Shown here: positions 23,891 through 36,863 of the stretch, in pieces | Position numbering within the stretch: position 1 is the first letter of the stretch | Layout: each line of letters opens with the position of its first letter | Assembly (NCBI RefSeq): GCF_000315625.1 | Contig: NW_005434672.1 | Coordinates: forward strand, 124,001 to 188,000 | DNA: 64,000 nucleotides | From: Guillardia theta CCMP2712 | Lineage: Eukaryota; Protista; Cryptophyta | Reading direction: 5' to 3' | Made by a program: the position numbers and the translations under genes | The notes under the pieces: generated by a model | The model's input: only the letters and a program-made list of their open reading frames with translations | What the model was told of the DNA's origin: nothing | The model's database searches: none

Positions 23891-24281
23891 TAGTGGCCTC
23901 TTGCGGCTGGCTTCATGCTTCGACGTGGTGAGACCAAGGCAAACCATGGCAGGCGCCTTCCTGTACTCGACTCGACGTTTTTTGAGAGTCACAAAGTGCA
24001 TGTCGACCACCTTAATGACAGGTCAGCATTCTTCCAAAAGATGCATTTACAAATCATAACGAGGTTCGCTTAAACAAAAGTGGGGGAATATTAGGTGCAG
24101 TATTGATGTGCCCTCTATCTCGAGATTCAGGAACGTTTATCCACACAACTGCCCCCCGGACCAGCCCCCTGGACCCCTCCGAAACTGCATAAAAGATTGT
24201 CGCGCCCTCTCCGTCTCCGCTTCTCCCCAAACGCAACCACACTCCTCGAAATCATCGACCCACACAGGATTCTACAATCCC

Positions 24282-24965
24282 ATGTTGTACGAACAAGACT
24301 TAGTCTCTCCAGAGTGGACCTGGGACCTCTCCTCCGACAGTGCTGATGATTGCTCGCCGTCCTGGATCCTTCAAAGCCTCGATGACTCTTCCTCCACCAG
24401 CTTTCAGGACTCCTTCTTCTGCCTTCCCCTCTCTCATCCCTCTCTGCAGCCAATCGAAGAGCTGGAAGATCACTGCAACACGCACATGGCTCCTCTCGAT
24501 GTTTACCCATCCATACAACAACACGACGTCCATGTCAATGGTCTCCTCTCCGACACGCATGGCAAGTTCTCAAGTTCTGAAAGCATCTGCAGCAGACAAC
24601 GTGCTGAACAACATGCCCACAAGTCAGCTCCCGTTTTGCCATCCTCTCATCGCAATGCACCGAGGTACAAACAGCCTGTACTGGGCATTGTTCGTGTCCA
24701 GTCACGGCAGTCCTTCTTCCAATCCGACAAGCCCGTCGAGATCACCCTCGAGCGCCTCGCTGAACACTTCCACGAGAGCCTCGAGGTTGCGGCAGCCAAG
24801 ATCGGCATCGGCAAGTCGACGATGAAGCTGGTGTGCAGGCAGCTGGGAGTGCAGAAGTGGCCGTACAAGCACAATGGAGGGAGGAAAGGAAAGATCATCA
24901 AAGCTGTCTGCAGTCAGCATGTTGTTGATCTTGAGGGACAGGGAAAAGGTAGTGAAGTCGTTTGA
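24282..24965 (+). CDS. RWP-RK transcription factor (copy B), intronless
   Basis: Same RWP-RK core; first ATG after TATA-like GCATAAAAG (~24187) at 24282. Confidence 0.9.
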   Translation: MLYEQDLVSPEWTWDLSSDSADDCSPSWILQSLDDSSSTSFQDSFFCLPLSHPSLQPIEELEDHCNTHMAPLDVYPSIQQHDVHVNGLLSDTHGKFSSSESICSRQRAEQHAHKSAPVLPSSHRNAPRYKQPVLGIVRVQSRQSFFQSDKPVEITLERLAEHFHESLEVAAAKIGIGKSTMKLVCRQLGVQKWPYKHNGGRKGKIIKAVCSQHVVDLEGQGKGSEVV

Positions 24966-25089
24966 TTCGGATGCGATGCCCGAGCAGTGATACATGTAGA
25001 AATAGTCTTCTTCCAACGATTATCATATAAAACAATGACACATAGTTTTCATTCGTCGGCTTGTTCTCCGTGGCGGCATTAGCATGAAA

Positions 25090-25880
25090 TCAAGCGTCGC
25101 TCCGCTGTAAACATTCTCGATGCCAACAAACATTGAACAAGAACAACTTGATAAGGCGATCCCGTGCGACCCTGCAATCCTTCAGATTTGTATCCCTCTC
25201 CTCGGCTCCTGTAAAGTTGCTCTTGCATCCGTAAAAGCGACAAAATCTGACAGCGAGTCCCGCGTCTGCATGCGAGACGACCATGCTCTTCCACTCGGAA
25301 TTTGAGCAGATTTGTGCCAATTGGATAGCGCCGCGCACTTGCTTAAACAGCTCAACAGTCGATCGCTAATTGTAGTAAGGAGGGTGGACGTCAATGTAAA
25401 AAGGGTATATGTCAATCCTGCAATGGGCAATGAAATGATGTGTTGAGGAGGTTGCGAGCTGAATTCTTAACTTCGCTGCATTCTCAACAAGGTAATGCAA
25501 AAACTCGGCATGCATTCCTGTTTTGCTGGCACTGAGATTAGGAGTGTGTGACTAGGTTATAACAATGGCCACGTTGGTGGTGATTCGATATCGCCAAGCT
25601 GTTGTTTCCCTTCATTCACATTCGTGACTTGCGTATTCGCTCTCGAGCCGATGCACTGTGTAAGTGCTCGAAAGTTCGATCCTCCCACCCTGTTTGCTCA
25701 ACCGTCCTCCGCCTGCTCCATCGAGAAATTTTTGGTTTATGTTGACTGAAAAAGAGCGGCAAACCGGAGCAAACAAAGAGGACGAGGATATAAAGCCCAC
25801 GAACCCGCCTCAATGAAATACTAGGAAACGAAGAAGGCAGTGAAACCCGCTACTCCAATCACGAGCGCCAGCATGACGCA
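25090..25880 (-). CDS. Possible spliced hypothetical protein
   Basis: Short ORF fragments (hydrophobic GLYILVLFVCSGL; EWKSMVVSHADAGLAVRFC...); no recognisable family. Confidence 0.3.
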
Positions 25881-25961
25881 TCAAACTTTGACAGGTTGGT
25901 TAGAAGCACACAAGGCGGGAACCTGATGGCTGCTGCTGCCCGCGCGGGTTCGACCTGAGCC

Positions 25962-28900
25962 ATGGAAGAACGCGAGCTCCCGGGGTCACGCGGCCTGCTG
26001 GACAAGGAGGGACTTCCTGTTGGCACGCTGGATGATCGTTACGAGCTTGTGATCGTGATCCCCCTCGAAGACTACTACAGCGACAAGGGAGAGTTTGGTT
26101 ATCGTCCCAACAAGTAAACATGACATGATTGAGTGCCAGCATGTTGTTCTCTGTCCTTGACTTTACGGTGTTTTGAGTGTTCTGACTCTTCCTCCCTCCC
26201 TCCCTCCCTCCCTCCCTCCCTCCCTCCCTCCCTCCCTCCCTCCCTCCCTCCCTCCCACTCTGTGCATTCTTGAGCTGGACTCCTTGACGTCTGACTGCAG
26301 GGAGGAAGTGGATCACCCGAATGGATCAGGAAAGATCGAGAGGCGAGTGCTGCAAGCAAGGCTCCTCCAAGAGCTGCGAGCCCTCAACGTCATTGTCAAA
26401 GTCGTCAAGTCTAAATCCGGCGACAAGCTGTAGCCGTGCGCTCTCCACTTCTCTCCTCACATCCTTCCCAGGTTCTACCTGATCCGAGCTCCGACGTACG
26501 ACGAGTGGAGCCAGAAAGTTTGGATTCCCTTTGAGCATGCGCAGAGTGACATTGAGGAGCATATTCCGAGCGTGCGACGGAGAGTGTTCGGAGAGAAATG
26601 CGTCAACTGTGTGCGAGACAAGTTCCTGGACGTCCTAGGCATCCCTCTTGCAGAGATCAGCGCTGAAGAGGAGGAGCTAGGGGAGCAGGGGAGGGTTATC
26701 CACCAGGTTCAGGTTCTTATGGGGTTCTATGACTATTGGGCGGATAAATTGAAGATCAACTATTTGACAAGAGAGTTCGAGGAAGGGTTTCGGAACTTCT
26801 ACCTTCCGTACGAGTTCGACCAAAAGTCCAGATATAAGTCTGAAGGAGAACACAACATAGGTACCTGATCTTGCATTATTCTCTTGACTCGTGACGTCGA
26901 GACTCATTGATGACTTCTTGTTGACTTCCAGCCTTTGAGGATCCCTTGACCTCCATGGACGACTTGGAGAAAGAAGTCGCCAGCAACGGGACGTTGAGAA
27001 ACATTGCTGAGCAAATCATCACGGACTACAAGAAGGATGGAACATGGATTGATCGAACGCGCCGGATGGACACGGAGTACCTCATCAATCCGAACAAGAT
27101 CTCACCGAAATGCAAGTGGGACTTCGAAGGACAGACGGCGCGTGTCAAGGTGCAGATTAAGCAGGAAAAGATTCTTAAACGCTATCAGGAGTGCAATGAG
27201 ATTCGGATGGTAAACGGCAAGGAGAAGAAACAGGTTCCGGGCCACGTGACCAACATGGAGACGAATGTCACACAGTACGATCTCTACGTCAAACGCCACA
27301 AGAAGCAGGGGTTGTTCAAAGACGGGATCTCAAGAATTCCCTTGCCCAAGGACAAGTGGGTTCAGCTTCAAGTGTTGCAGAACCTCATGAGAGCGACGAG
27401 CATCAGAGTTGATCTGCTGATGCGGGTTGTACAGGAAGCGTGCAAGAGGAGTTTGTCCAAGAAGAAGAAGAAAGCTAAGACTGCTGCTGCAGTTGCTACG
27501 AAGACTGTCAAGGTCAAGACTCAGAAGGTCAAGCAGGAGGACCTTCACTTCGAGTCGGCAGAATCAGCTGAGAGTACGGTCGATATAGACCTGAGCGACA
27601 TGATCAACCTGAAGCTCATCTCCACTGTCTTTCCCCTTCATCAAGAGAACGCAAGGTTGTGGCTCAAAGAGAACTGGGCTGTGGTTCCGCTCCCTCGCAT
27701 GCTCAAGAGCTCAAACTTTTGGCTCTGCCGGTCAGTTGCGATTGTGCGATGTCTCGAGATTGAATGACTCTTCAGGGCCCCTCTCCACCACATTCGAGAC
27801 TATTTCGGTGAGGAGGTAGCTTTCTACTTTGCTTGGGTCGGGGTGTACACCAGGTTCCTCTACATCGCTGCTTTCGTCGGTCTTGCTGTCAACATGTACA
27901 GGTAGCTCCATACAGAACCTTTCCTTCCTGCAGCTCTCTTTTTCCCATCTCCGTTCATACATGTTACCGCTTGCTCCTGAACATGGTAAAACAGTTTTGT
28001 AGCCCCGGACGGAAGGGCTCTCAACGATTACCTTGGGGTTCCGTTCTACTGCGTCTTCATGTCAGTCTGGGCAATCGCTTTCATTCAGTACTGGAACAAG
28101 TATGAAGCCGAGCTGCTGCACGTGTGGGGTCTGAAAGAGTTCGAACATGACGAGCAACCTCGCAAGGAGTTCAAAGGAGAGAGGCGACTTGATCCTTATA
28201 CAGACTTGTACGAGCTTCATCGAGAAAAGGGAAAGATGTGGGAATGGGTGTCGATCCTGTTCTACCTTGTCTCTGTTGCCGTCTGTATAGTTTTCGGCCT
28301 TTCTCTCCTGGCATCGCAAGGAGTAATACGGTAACCCTTCCTATTCCTTTCCCTTTCTTCTGCTCCTTTCTCTTCGTTTCTTGGTTTCTTCACGATTCTC
28401 CCGCTTGCCCCTTTTGTTTTCCTCTCGATCCACACCAACTTCCCTTTGCTAATGATTGAAATCTCAACTGATGCTCACCATCTCTTTTTGGCAGAACTTT
28501 TGGGGGCAAAATCAATCCTTCCGACGGGGCTGCACAGATTGTCTGGTTTTACGGATCTATTGGAGTCATTTCAGCACTTGGCATTATGTTGATGGATGAG
28601 ATTTACAGTCGCGTTGTAGTCTGGCTCACGAAGAAGGAAAATCACAAGACCATGGAGGATTACAACAATGCTCTAGCTGTCAAGCTCCTGTCCTTCTTTC
28701 TCCTCTCAGCCAACATCACTCTCTTTCACACTGCCTTTGCCGGGACTGCCTGCAAGCCTCGAGACTACAAGGACCTGCAGACGATTCAGAGGGACTGCAC
28801 GGGGATTCGGTCGGAGGCGTACAACTCGCAGTACGTTATTCCTTCTGCTGTGAGACCATGGGATCTGCTCACTGGCTCACTGTCTTTCTCCAACGAGTCT

Positions 28901-30625
28901 TCTTCACAGTTTGCAAACGGCACTCAAGTTGCGAACATTCCAAACCCATGCTGGAAGAAGAGCATGCAGAACATCGACTACTGCCAACTTGGAACCAACA
29001 TGTAAAAGATGATTTGTTGAGCCCTGTCAGCTCTGACTCAATATGCGACAGGATGCTGCTTGGAATTCAGCTTGCAAGTGAGCGATGCTAGTTCGCTTCC
29101 TTTTTGTCTGACGCCTGTTTTTTTTCTTTTGCAGTCATCTTTGGTTATTGGCAGGGTCTTTCAATGTTTATCGAGGTCTGAATTTTGACTGTTTGTGGGA
29201 CCCTGTTGTTCTTTCCCTCCTTAACCCTCGCCCGGAATTTCTGTTCCATGTTGAGATAATTGGAACGACCCTTCATATTCTCGTGTAATTCTCACAGACA
29301 CTCATCGCCTGTTCCAGATCATTTGGCCGCTCTGGATCAGAAAGCAAAAGCGCAACCAAGAGTTTCGCACCATGTTGAAGCAAGGTCTCGTGAGCATGCA
29401 GGACAAACACACCTGGCACAAGGATCGAGAGGTCAGCGAGTCCCCAGCTGGACTTGAGCTGGATCTCGGGCAGCAGAACCTCGTGTTCCTGTACGTCAAG
29501 CTCGTCGTTCAATTCGGTGATGCCAGTGTCCACCTCTTTGACGTCGTTTTTACTCAGCTCTCAGGTTACGTCACCTTCTTCGTCTCCTCCTTCCCAATCG
29601 CTCCCTGCTTCGCACTTGTAAACAACATTCTCCAGCTGAGGGTAGACGCTTTCAAACTTGTCAAAATCCTCCAACGTCCGGAGCCCCGCAAAGTAAAGGG
29701 CATCGGGGTGTTCCGTCTCTACATCTCCTTGACAGCCTACGCTGCTGTCATCACCAACGCCGCCTTGCTGGGGCTGACAAGCAGCTCCATGGGTCAAGTC
29801 TTCGACGCCTTCGGGATCCGCGTTGGTGCCCACCTGCAGGAGCCGTGGAGGTGAGAAATTGCGCCAGCTGCGATTCGACTGAAGTGATGACTGGCAATAC
29901 GGCAAGGTACAACGTTTGCTCGCAGGGAGCACGGGTGAGATACAGCACGTCCTCCATCGAGTTCGTCGAGGGAGTTTGCTTGCCCCTCCTCTCCGTGTTC
30001 AAGAACTTTGAGAACGGGTTTGAGTTTGGAGAGTATCCCTACGAGCAGCAGTATAACTTCATGTGGGGGATGGGAATCATGGAGCACGGGGTGATCCTTC
30101 TTATGCTGACTCTTGGGATGGTGCTAGCAAAGAGCACGATGATACTTGACAACGAGATCAAGGGGCAGGCAAGATGGCTCGAGGAGAAGATCCGCAGCAA
30201 GGCGTACAATGTCGACGTGGAGCAGCGCCTGCAAAGGGGGAGGTGTGGAGGGGGCAGTTACCTCCTGTCAGACCTCTGACGATCTTGAGCAGGTATTCTC
30301 ATCCTGAGCTGAAAAACTTGATTTGCAACAAGAAGTGGATCAGCTGGGAGCTCTCCCGGGCACGACTCGAGTCTGGTAAGAGTATAAGCCCGCTTCCCCC
30401 TGTGCCACAGCTCCTGCTCCTCCTTGCAACCCGACTCTTCTTCATCAGTCACTCCCATGACATGTCGTTCTGACGATGCTGGCAGACTACAACTCCAAGA
30501 CTGGGATCCTCAAGGCTGGGGAGATGATGAAGAGCGACAAGAAGGAGGCGCAGGAGCAGGAGAGCGTTCGCATCATCACCACCCAGAGCGCCCAGCAGAG
30601 CCGCAAGTCGAAGAAGGCGAGGTGA
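25962..30625 (+). CDS. Anoctamin/TMEM16 Ca-activated chloride channel/scramblase, multi-exon
   Basis: VFPLH, [114 protein letters not shown]; ends KSKKAR*. Confidence 0.92.
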
Positions 30626-30885
30626 ACCCCAGCTGGGGCCTTGTGGGCTTCACAGAGCTGTACACAGCGGGGCTGATGGTTTACATGAGCCTGCCTCAGA
30701 TCAATTCTAAGGAACAAATGAAGACAGTAATGGAGAACACAAAAAGTTTCTCTCCAAAAATAGCTCACCCCTGCGCCCATGCAGGTTTCGGTGTAGGAAG
30801 GCAGAGGGCGCGAGACAGCATGCAGCAGGAGGGGAGCGAGAGGGGAGGAGGGAGGAGGGAGGAGGGAGGTAGAGAAGCAGACAAG

Positions 30886-33190
30886 ATGCCTATCGTCGTG
30901 CCGGGAGCATGCACTCCTTTGTATCGCCGCAAGAGGGTGAGCACCAGGCGGGGGTCTGGGCAGTACTGGGGAGATATGAACGAGGAGGGAGAAGCGCATG
31001 GTTGGGGAGCAATCCGATGGGATGACGGTGATGATTACGATGGAGTCTTCAAACATGGGGAATTGAATGGTCGAGGAACGTACACCCGCCAGAGCAAGAG
31101 TCAGTTCTTGATCGAGTTTGAAGAAGGAAAACCTGTTGGGAAAGGAGAGATGTACGAAAATTTTAACAGCAAGAAAGAAATGATTGTCTACGATGTGGAG
31201 TTTGATGGTTCGGGCATGCTGGAAGACTGCGCGCCTACAGTGAAGCAGCGTAAGCGTCTTCCGGACTACAAAGAAGCCATGATCCCGGTTTGTGGGATGT
31301 TGTCGGGCCCCTCTGGCGGACCGTCCAGGTGAAGTTTGAAGATCCTTCCTCTCTCTTGGTGAGGTTTGAGCCTCCAGTTATGATCACATACATCCTGTGA
31401 GCGGCGAACTCATCTGGGCAAGACCATCGCGCGCAGATTACGTGCTCTTCAATGCCGAGGATTGTCGAGGTAACCAGGCGTTAGAATCCCGGCTCCCTGT
31501 GCTGAATATGTGTTGTGCAGGCAAGATTGTGCTAGTGAGACGTGGAGGAACTGACTTCACGAGGAAGCTTTCAGCGGTGCAGGCTGCAGGTGGTGATCGT
31601 TGGGGAGAAGAACCTGAGAGCTCATCTCCTGATAGGAGCGATATGCATGGTGGTGGTGGGATTCAATCCGGATGAGAAGAAGTATCAGCGACCGATCTGT
31701 TGTGTGCATACGGGAGCGGTGAGAGTAGGAAGACGCATCCTCCCTCTCCCTGACGTCCTCCTGACGTCCACCCTCTCCCTGACGTCCACCCTCTCCCTGA
31801 CGTCCTCCGTCTCTCTGACGTAACAGATAGGTGGGTGGCGACGACTTGCCTCCAGAGTTGAGGTGATATAAACCACCTACTCCTGATTGATATTTTTTTG
31901 ATGTTGCTCCGTCCTCAACCTGATGGTCTTTTTGAATAGATCGTTGGAGTGCAATATTCCTGTCATCTACATCTTGAAGTGTCTTGAGGTAAGGATATCG
32001 CAAAATTGGACTGAGAATGTCCGAGTGCATCATGTCATAGTCAATCGATACTGTTGCAATTATCTCTGATTGTCAGCTGTTGATTTCTTTTACCTCCTTT
32101 CAATTCGTCAAAGTTCCCGATCTCCCTCCTCTCCACTGCACAAATCATCTGCCCCATTTTTCTACTCTCTCCTCCTCTCTCCCCTTGACATTCAGCTTTT
32201 CATCTCATACGTTGGCACTTGCAGCCGGCCTTACAGAATGGAGGGTGCACAGCATTCATCCATTTCGATGCAAAGTCACCCCCAGGCTGGAAGAGTGGAG
32301 CCCTCTATGTGCAAGTAACCCACTCCTCTTTCTTCTCCTTCCTCCTCTCCTGCCCTTGTTTCTTATCCTTCCTGTCCCCTCTTCCCCCTCTCTCCTCTTC
32401 TTGCTTCCTCCCTCCCTTCTTTTTTCGTTGTTCTCTTCCGTTCCGTTCCTGTCTCCCTTACCTCTCCTTCAACCTTCCTTCTTTCCTCTTGCTTTGCCAT
32501 CTTTCATTTACTTCCGGCTAGGGTGAAACAAAGAAGTTAAGAAATCCAGAAGGGGAGGCAATAGCGCAATGGTCTGATGCAGACCTCAACTTCACTGATG
32601 AGAAGGCGATGATAGGAATGTTGCTGTTTTCCATGTGCTATCACTTCTCATAGTGCCAACAACAGGGAGCAATGGTCAGGTTGTGCTCCTGAGCGCCAAG
32701 GATCGTTCTGGCCCACCGAAAGTGTTGAATGTGGGTCTGAGTTTGCACATTGCTCGTTTATGATGGAGTTGCAGTGTGAACCGCTCAATACGCATTTCAA
32801 GAGCCGGAGGGACTGCAAGATTGGCATACTGGGAGGAGACTTTGCGCTGTATGAGTTCCGAATGTCTTTCGGAGATGTTACCTGGATGATCTCGAAGAGG
32901 TGAAGGACTTGTTCATCTCCCATTCTTCTCTTCACCATCATCCTCGCAGGTATTCTGAGTTCGACGCGCTGGACAATGTCCTCAACACCAAGTATGGCCT
33001 GCCTCCTGTAGGTCTCCCACCAAAGCAGTGGTTCGGCTTGAGGGACCCCAACGTGATCCAGTCTCGTCACGATGGGTTCAACCTGTACCTCAACGACTGC
33101 ATCAAACGGCCTGTGCTCGTCCTCTCCCCGGAGTTGCAATCATTCTGTGAGATGCCAGAAGAAGTTATTAACAGTTTCAAGAAGAATTAG
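30886..33190 (+). CDS. MORN-repeat + PA domain + PX domain protein, multi-exon
   Basis: YWGDMNEEGEAHGWGAIRWDDGDDYDGVFKHGELNGRGTY (MORN); GKIVLVRRGGTDFTRKLSAVQAAGA (PA); WMISKR|YSEFDAL..LPPKQWFG..VIQSRHDGFNLYL (PX). Confidence 0.75.
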
Positions 33191-33287
33191 ACTAAAGTTT
33201 TGTTTTGATATTCAGTTTATTTACAAATGCAATACAGGAATTCCTGTGGAAAGTGAGTGCAGTACATTAAAGCAGTTCGACTTTCTT

Positions 33288-34514
33288 TCATCTTCTGCTT
33301 AATAACCTTTCAAGCCTTTCTCGGCTACTAGCTAAATCAATCTCACATTGTTCTTGATGCAATCTATTTCGCTCTCTCTTTGCTTCATGTGATTTTGATG
33401 CTCCAGCTTTGATGTCTTCAGAGATCGCTTCCAGCGGAGAAAAGCTTCTGTTCTTCATGCTTTCTTCCAAAACTTTTTTCTGCAGATTTCGAATACTTCT
33501 CGTGTCTGCGCAAGACTTTGACTGCAGGTGAAGGATCTCTTGATTTTTCTCGCGCATGAACAGTAGGAATTCCTTGTCAGAGTTCTCAATTCGATGCTGA
33601 AGAGTCTGGATGAGCTCCTCTTGAGATCTCGCTAACTTCAAATGCCGAGACACCAGTGACTGTAAACGTTGTATCTCCTTTGAATGCTTTTCCTCATCCT
33701 CCAGCAATGACACACTTTGCTTATCAAGTGCAAGAGTTGCAACAATCCTTGATAGCGTCTTCTTCATCAATTTCAGCCTATGTATCCGGACTGCCTTGCT
33801 CATCATGTTCACTCCACGGGTCTTGATCTCATGTAAATTCAACCATTGATGAAAGCAACTTTCCTTGATCAAATTGAGCCTCTTGCTTTCCACAAACGCC
33901 ACCCGGTCTTGGCAAGAGCGCTTCCTGCGGACAAGAAGCATCCAGACACGGAACATGACGCGACAGGACATTGTCTTTTGCGAATACTGCGTCGGAAATG
34001 CCCACTCTTTCAACCCTTGGTACTCACTGACATCATCTTCGTCTGCCTGGGTTCTGGCTACAGTGGAGGCCGACGACATGACAGAGCAGGGAGTCATGGG
34101 GAGTCCAGCGTAAGAGGAAGGAGGAAACTCAATGATATCAAGTTTGGCCTTGCAAGGTGATAGACGTGTACAAGAGCCCTCAAGTGCTGCTGAGGAGAAT
34201 TCAAAAGGAGGACAAACCCTTGGCTGCGGCTCCTCCTCCATTGTACGATCGGCGCATGGCATTGGGTTCACTTGGGATCTTCGGTTCTCTTGTAGGAGCC
34301 CACGAATTCCTTCTTCAAAGCTATCACCACCATCTTCAGCAGAGAACAGCACTGGCGCAGGCGATGTGGGCGGTTTGAGAGTCAATCTGCACTTTTGACT
34401 CTCGATGTTGTCTTCAGCCGGCAAGAGTTGATTTTGAGGCCATGCAGGTTTCTTGCCATTGCAGATTCTTCTCTTTCTGACTTCTTCTCTTCTTCCGCAC
34501 CACAGCTGCAGCAT
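33288..34514 (-). CDS. Hypothetical coiled-coil protein with Sfi1-like F-x-x-W segments
   Basis: 408-aa ORF; MFRVWMLLVRRK, CFHQWLNLHEIK, C-terminal heptads; start uncertain. Confidence 0.6.
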   Translation of the reverse strand: MLQLWCGRREEVRKRRICNGKKPAWPQNQLLPAEDNIESQKCRLTLKPPTSPAPVLFSAEDGGDSFEEGIRGLLQENRRSQVNPMPCADRTMEEEPQPRVCPPFEFSSAALEGSCTRLSPCKAKLDIIEFPPSSYAGLPMTPCSVMSSASTVARTQADEDDVSEYQGLKEWAFPTQYSQKTMSCRVMFRVWMLLVRRKRSCQDRVAFVESKRLNLIKESCFHQWLNLHEIKTRGVNMMSKAVRIHRLKLMKKTLSRIVATLALDKQSVSLLEDEEKHSKEIQRLQSLVSRHLKLARSQEELIQTLQHRIENSDKEFLLFMREKNQEILHLQSKSCADTRSIRNLQKKVLEESMKNRSFSPLEAISEDIKAGASKSHEAKRERNRLHQEQCEIDLASSRERLERLLSRR

Positions 34515-35049
34515 GACTTGAAACGACTCCTGCTAGACCAGGCAGGGATAGTGTAGCAGACACACAATCTTCTGGCGCTAGGATGAAGAAGCGAGTGGAG
34601 AAACAGATGGAACTCAATGCAGGAAGGGCAAAGAGAAGGGAAGGTCGAAGAGAGGAGAGTAGTAGAGGAGGAGAGGAGGAGAGGAGGAGAGGAGGAGATG
34701 AGGAGAGGAGGAGAGGAGGAGAGGAGGAGGGTTGAGGGGAGGGAGGAAGACGGAGGGAGATGCTTGTCGGACGTTCGCTCGGTACACGGGCAAGGAGGAG
34801 GGAGGGTTGCGGAAGGGCGGACAGGAGACTGAGAAAACGTGTAGAGGAGGGGTCCTCGTCCTCTGCGGTACATGTGAATAGACTTGCAGGTTTGGTTAGT
34901 TTAGTAAATCTTTCGTACCAAAAGATGATTTTCTGGTACAAATATTTCCACCAAAACAAGTGTGAGTCCCCTTGAAGCTCGTTCAATAGGACCCCCTGCG
35001 GTATCAGGCCACTCTATTTCACTTTTGGCGCGTGAATCAACTTGGCAAC

Positions 35050-35890
35050 CCGGTAAGACGGGAGGCTGCCGGACCTACACTGGACTGCCTAGTCCCGTGC
35101 CACTGAGCCTCTTGCCGGGCCCCGGCGTGATGATCCGAGTCATCGAGTCGGAGTCACACCCGGCTGAGTGGCGGCCCGGCCCGGCATACTAAGCTCTCGG
35201 ATTCTCAGGCCACTGTGAGAGAAACTTGCCAACCGTTTGGGCCCGGCGGCGGCCCCGGGGCCCGGGGTCAACCGTGACTGCGTGTCACTCGGGGAGTCCG
35301 AGTGCGGCAGTCCCGAACGGTATAGCCTTTCCGAAGTTCATCAGAGTCACTGAGTCATGATCGGACCCGGTCGGACCGTACCGTACGGTACTGAGTAGGG
35401 ACCGGCGTCCCGGGACGGTGCCAGTGTGATCACCGTCACTGTCAACCGTTACTACGTGACTAGACGGTCAAAGGCCGCAAGTTAGCGGCCCAAGACCGTA
35501 CACTGACTCCCGCTACTATCATCCTCAGACCGCCGGGGGGTGAAGTTAAGATGCCATCATCCGATGTACGGTCCGATGATCATCCGATGTATGTGACCAC
35601 AGTGTGAACTGTGGGACTCCAGGGATTTGAGCTCAGTAGTATCCGCGGCGAGTTGCCGCGGGCGGCCGGCCCCCCGTCCGACGGTCGCCGAGGATCGGAC
35701 GGCGCCCGGGGGACTATCATATCATAGTGCCCGGCCGCCCGGCGTTTCCGAAGTTTGAATGAAGGCCGGGGGCAAAGGCTGTCCGACTTGGCAAGTTCGA
35801 TCATGAGCCGCGCCTCGGGGGGGCCCGGGGGGGGGGCAGTCCGACTGAGTTAGAGGCGAGTTAATCTCCGATGCCGCGGCCAGCAATCAA
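35050..35890. other. GC-rich word-mosaic island 4
   Basis: TTCCGAAGTT at 35329 and 35746, GACCGTACCGTACGGTAC, TGAGTCATGATC, repeated CATCCGATG. Confidence 0.85.
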
Positions 35891-36557
35891 CTCCGATAGC
35901 GGCTGGGAAAGTACCGGGTGGTCTTCCCCTTTTTCCAAGGTGGCTTCGTAAAAAAAAAAGAACTTTTTTGGCATTGATTTTGTACCCAATTCTGTGAGAG
36001 TTACTACCAGACACTATACTAACTAAAATATTTCTCAGTACTCGATCGATCCTGACCCTTGGCGCAGGCACCTGCAGGTACCGGTGAATTTACCTTAATC
36101 AATAGGGGGTACTGATACCCCGGCCCTACCCCCTGGCCGAAGAGCTACTAAAAGCCAAGAGTCACCGCCGCTCCATCAACCAGGTACTAGTGCCATGCGT
36201 GCGTTCAAGAACATGCCGCCTTCATTCTTGCTCCATTCGCTCGTTTCTTCGTGGAATAGACAGAGACTTGTTTATAATCGTTTGCTTGTGTGATTTTTGA
36301 CGTCATTACAAGTGATAGGAGAGAGCATGCTGTTTGTTGTCTGTCGACATTTTGTGTATCAAGTGTTGTTGACAATTCGATATGACTGCATGACTGAAGT
36401 GTGATGCCTGCAACTTGTTCCTGCGCTCATCCTTGATAAACGTGTCTTATCTAAATGCAAGATATTACACGTTGACGTAAAGAGACATTGTGTTTTCCTC
36501 ATCGATATCTTTTAGGCTCAGACAAACAACCTTTTGACCCCACTTTGCAGTGCAACG

Positions 36558-36863
36558 ATGTTCTTCGTACCGATCAACATGCTCCGCAACGACCCGTATT
36601 CCAGGTAATTTCTGAGCTGATGGCTGATCGACGTTGTGATTTCATCCTCTAGATACGACACCAAGGCATCTGGCAACTGGTACAAGGCCGACGAGCCCTG
36701 GGGCGCTTTCCTCCAGACCGATGGAAACCCTGCTGTTACCATCCACCCCTACGAGTCCGACGCTTCCTCTGGCTCCTTCAACCCCCAGGCCCACACCACC
36801 TGGGTCCCCGTTGACTGGTCCAGCTGGCCCAACTACAACGTGCACGGATATGGAGTCTACTAA
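36558..36863 (+). CDS. Small (~85 aa) W/Y/D/N/P-rich orphan protein, one 48-nt intron
   Basis: MFFVPINMLRNDPYSR|YDTKASGNWYKADEPWGAF...WPNYNVHGYGVY*; intron 36605-36652; strong C/G-ending codon bias. Confidence 0.8.

Noticed and set aside
30424-31332. 302-aa ORF suggesting an anoctamin-MORN fusion
   Set aside because: The spliced anoctamin frame stops at 30623-30625; the ORF's 5' half is out of frame or low-complexity, and a separate start at 30886 is more plausible
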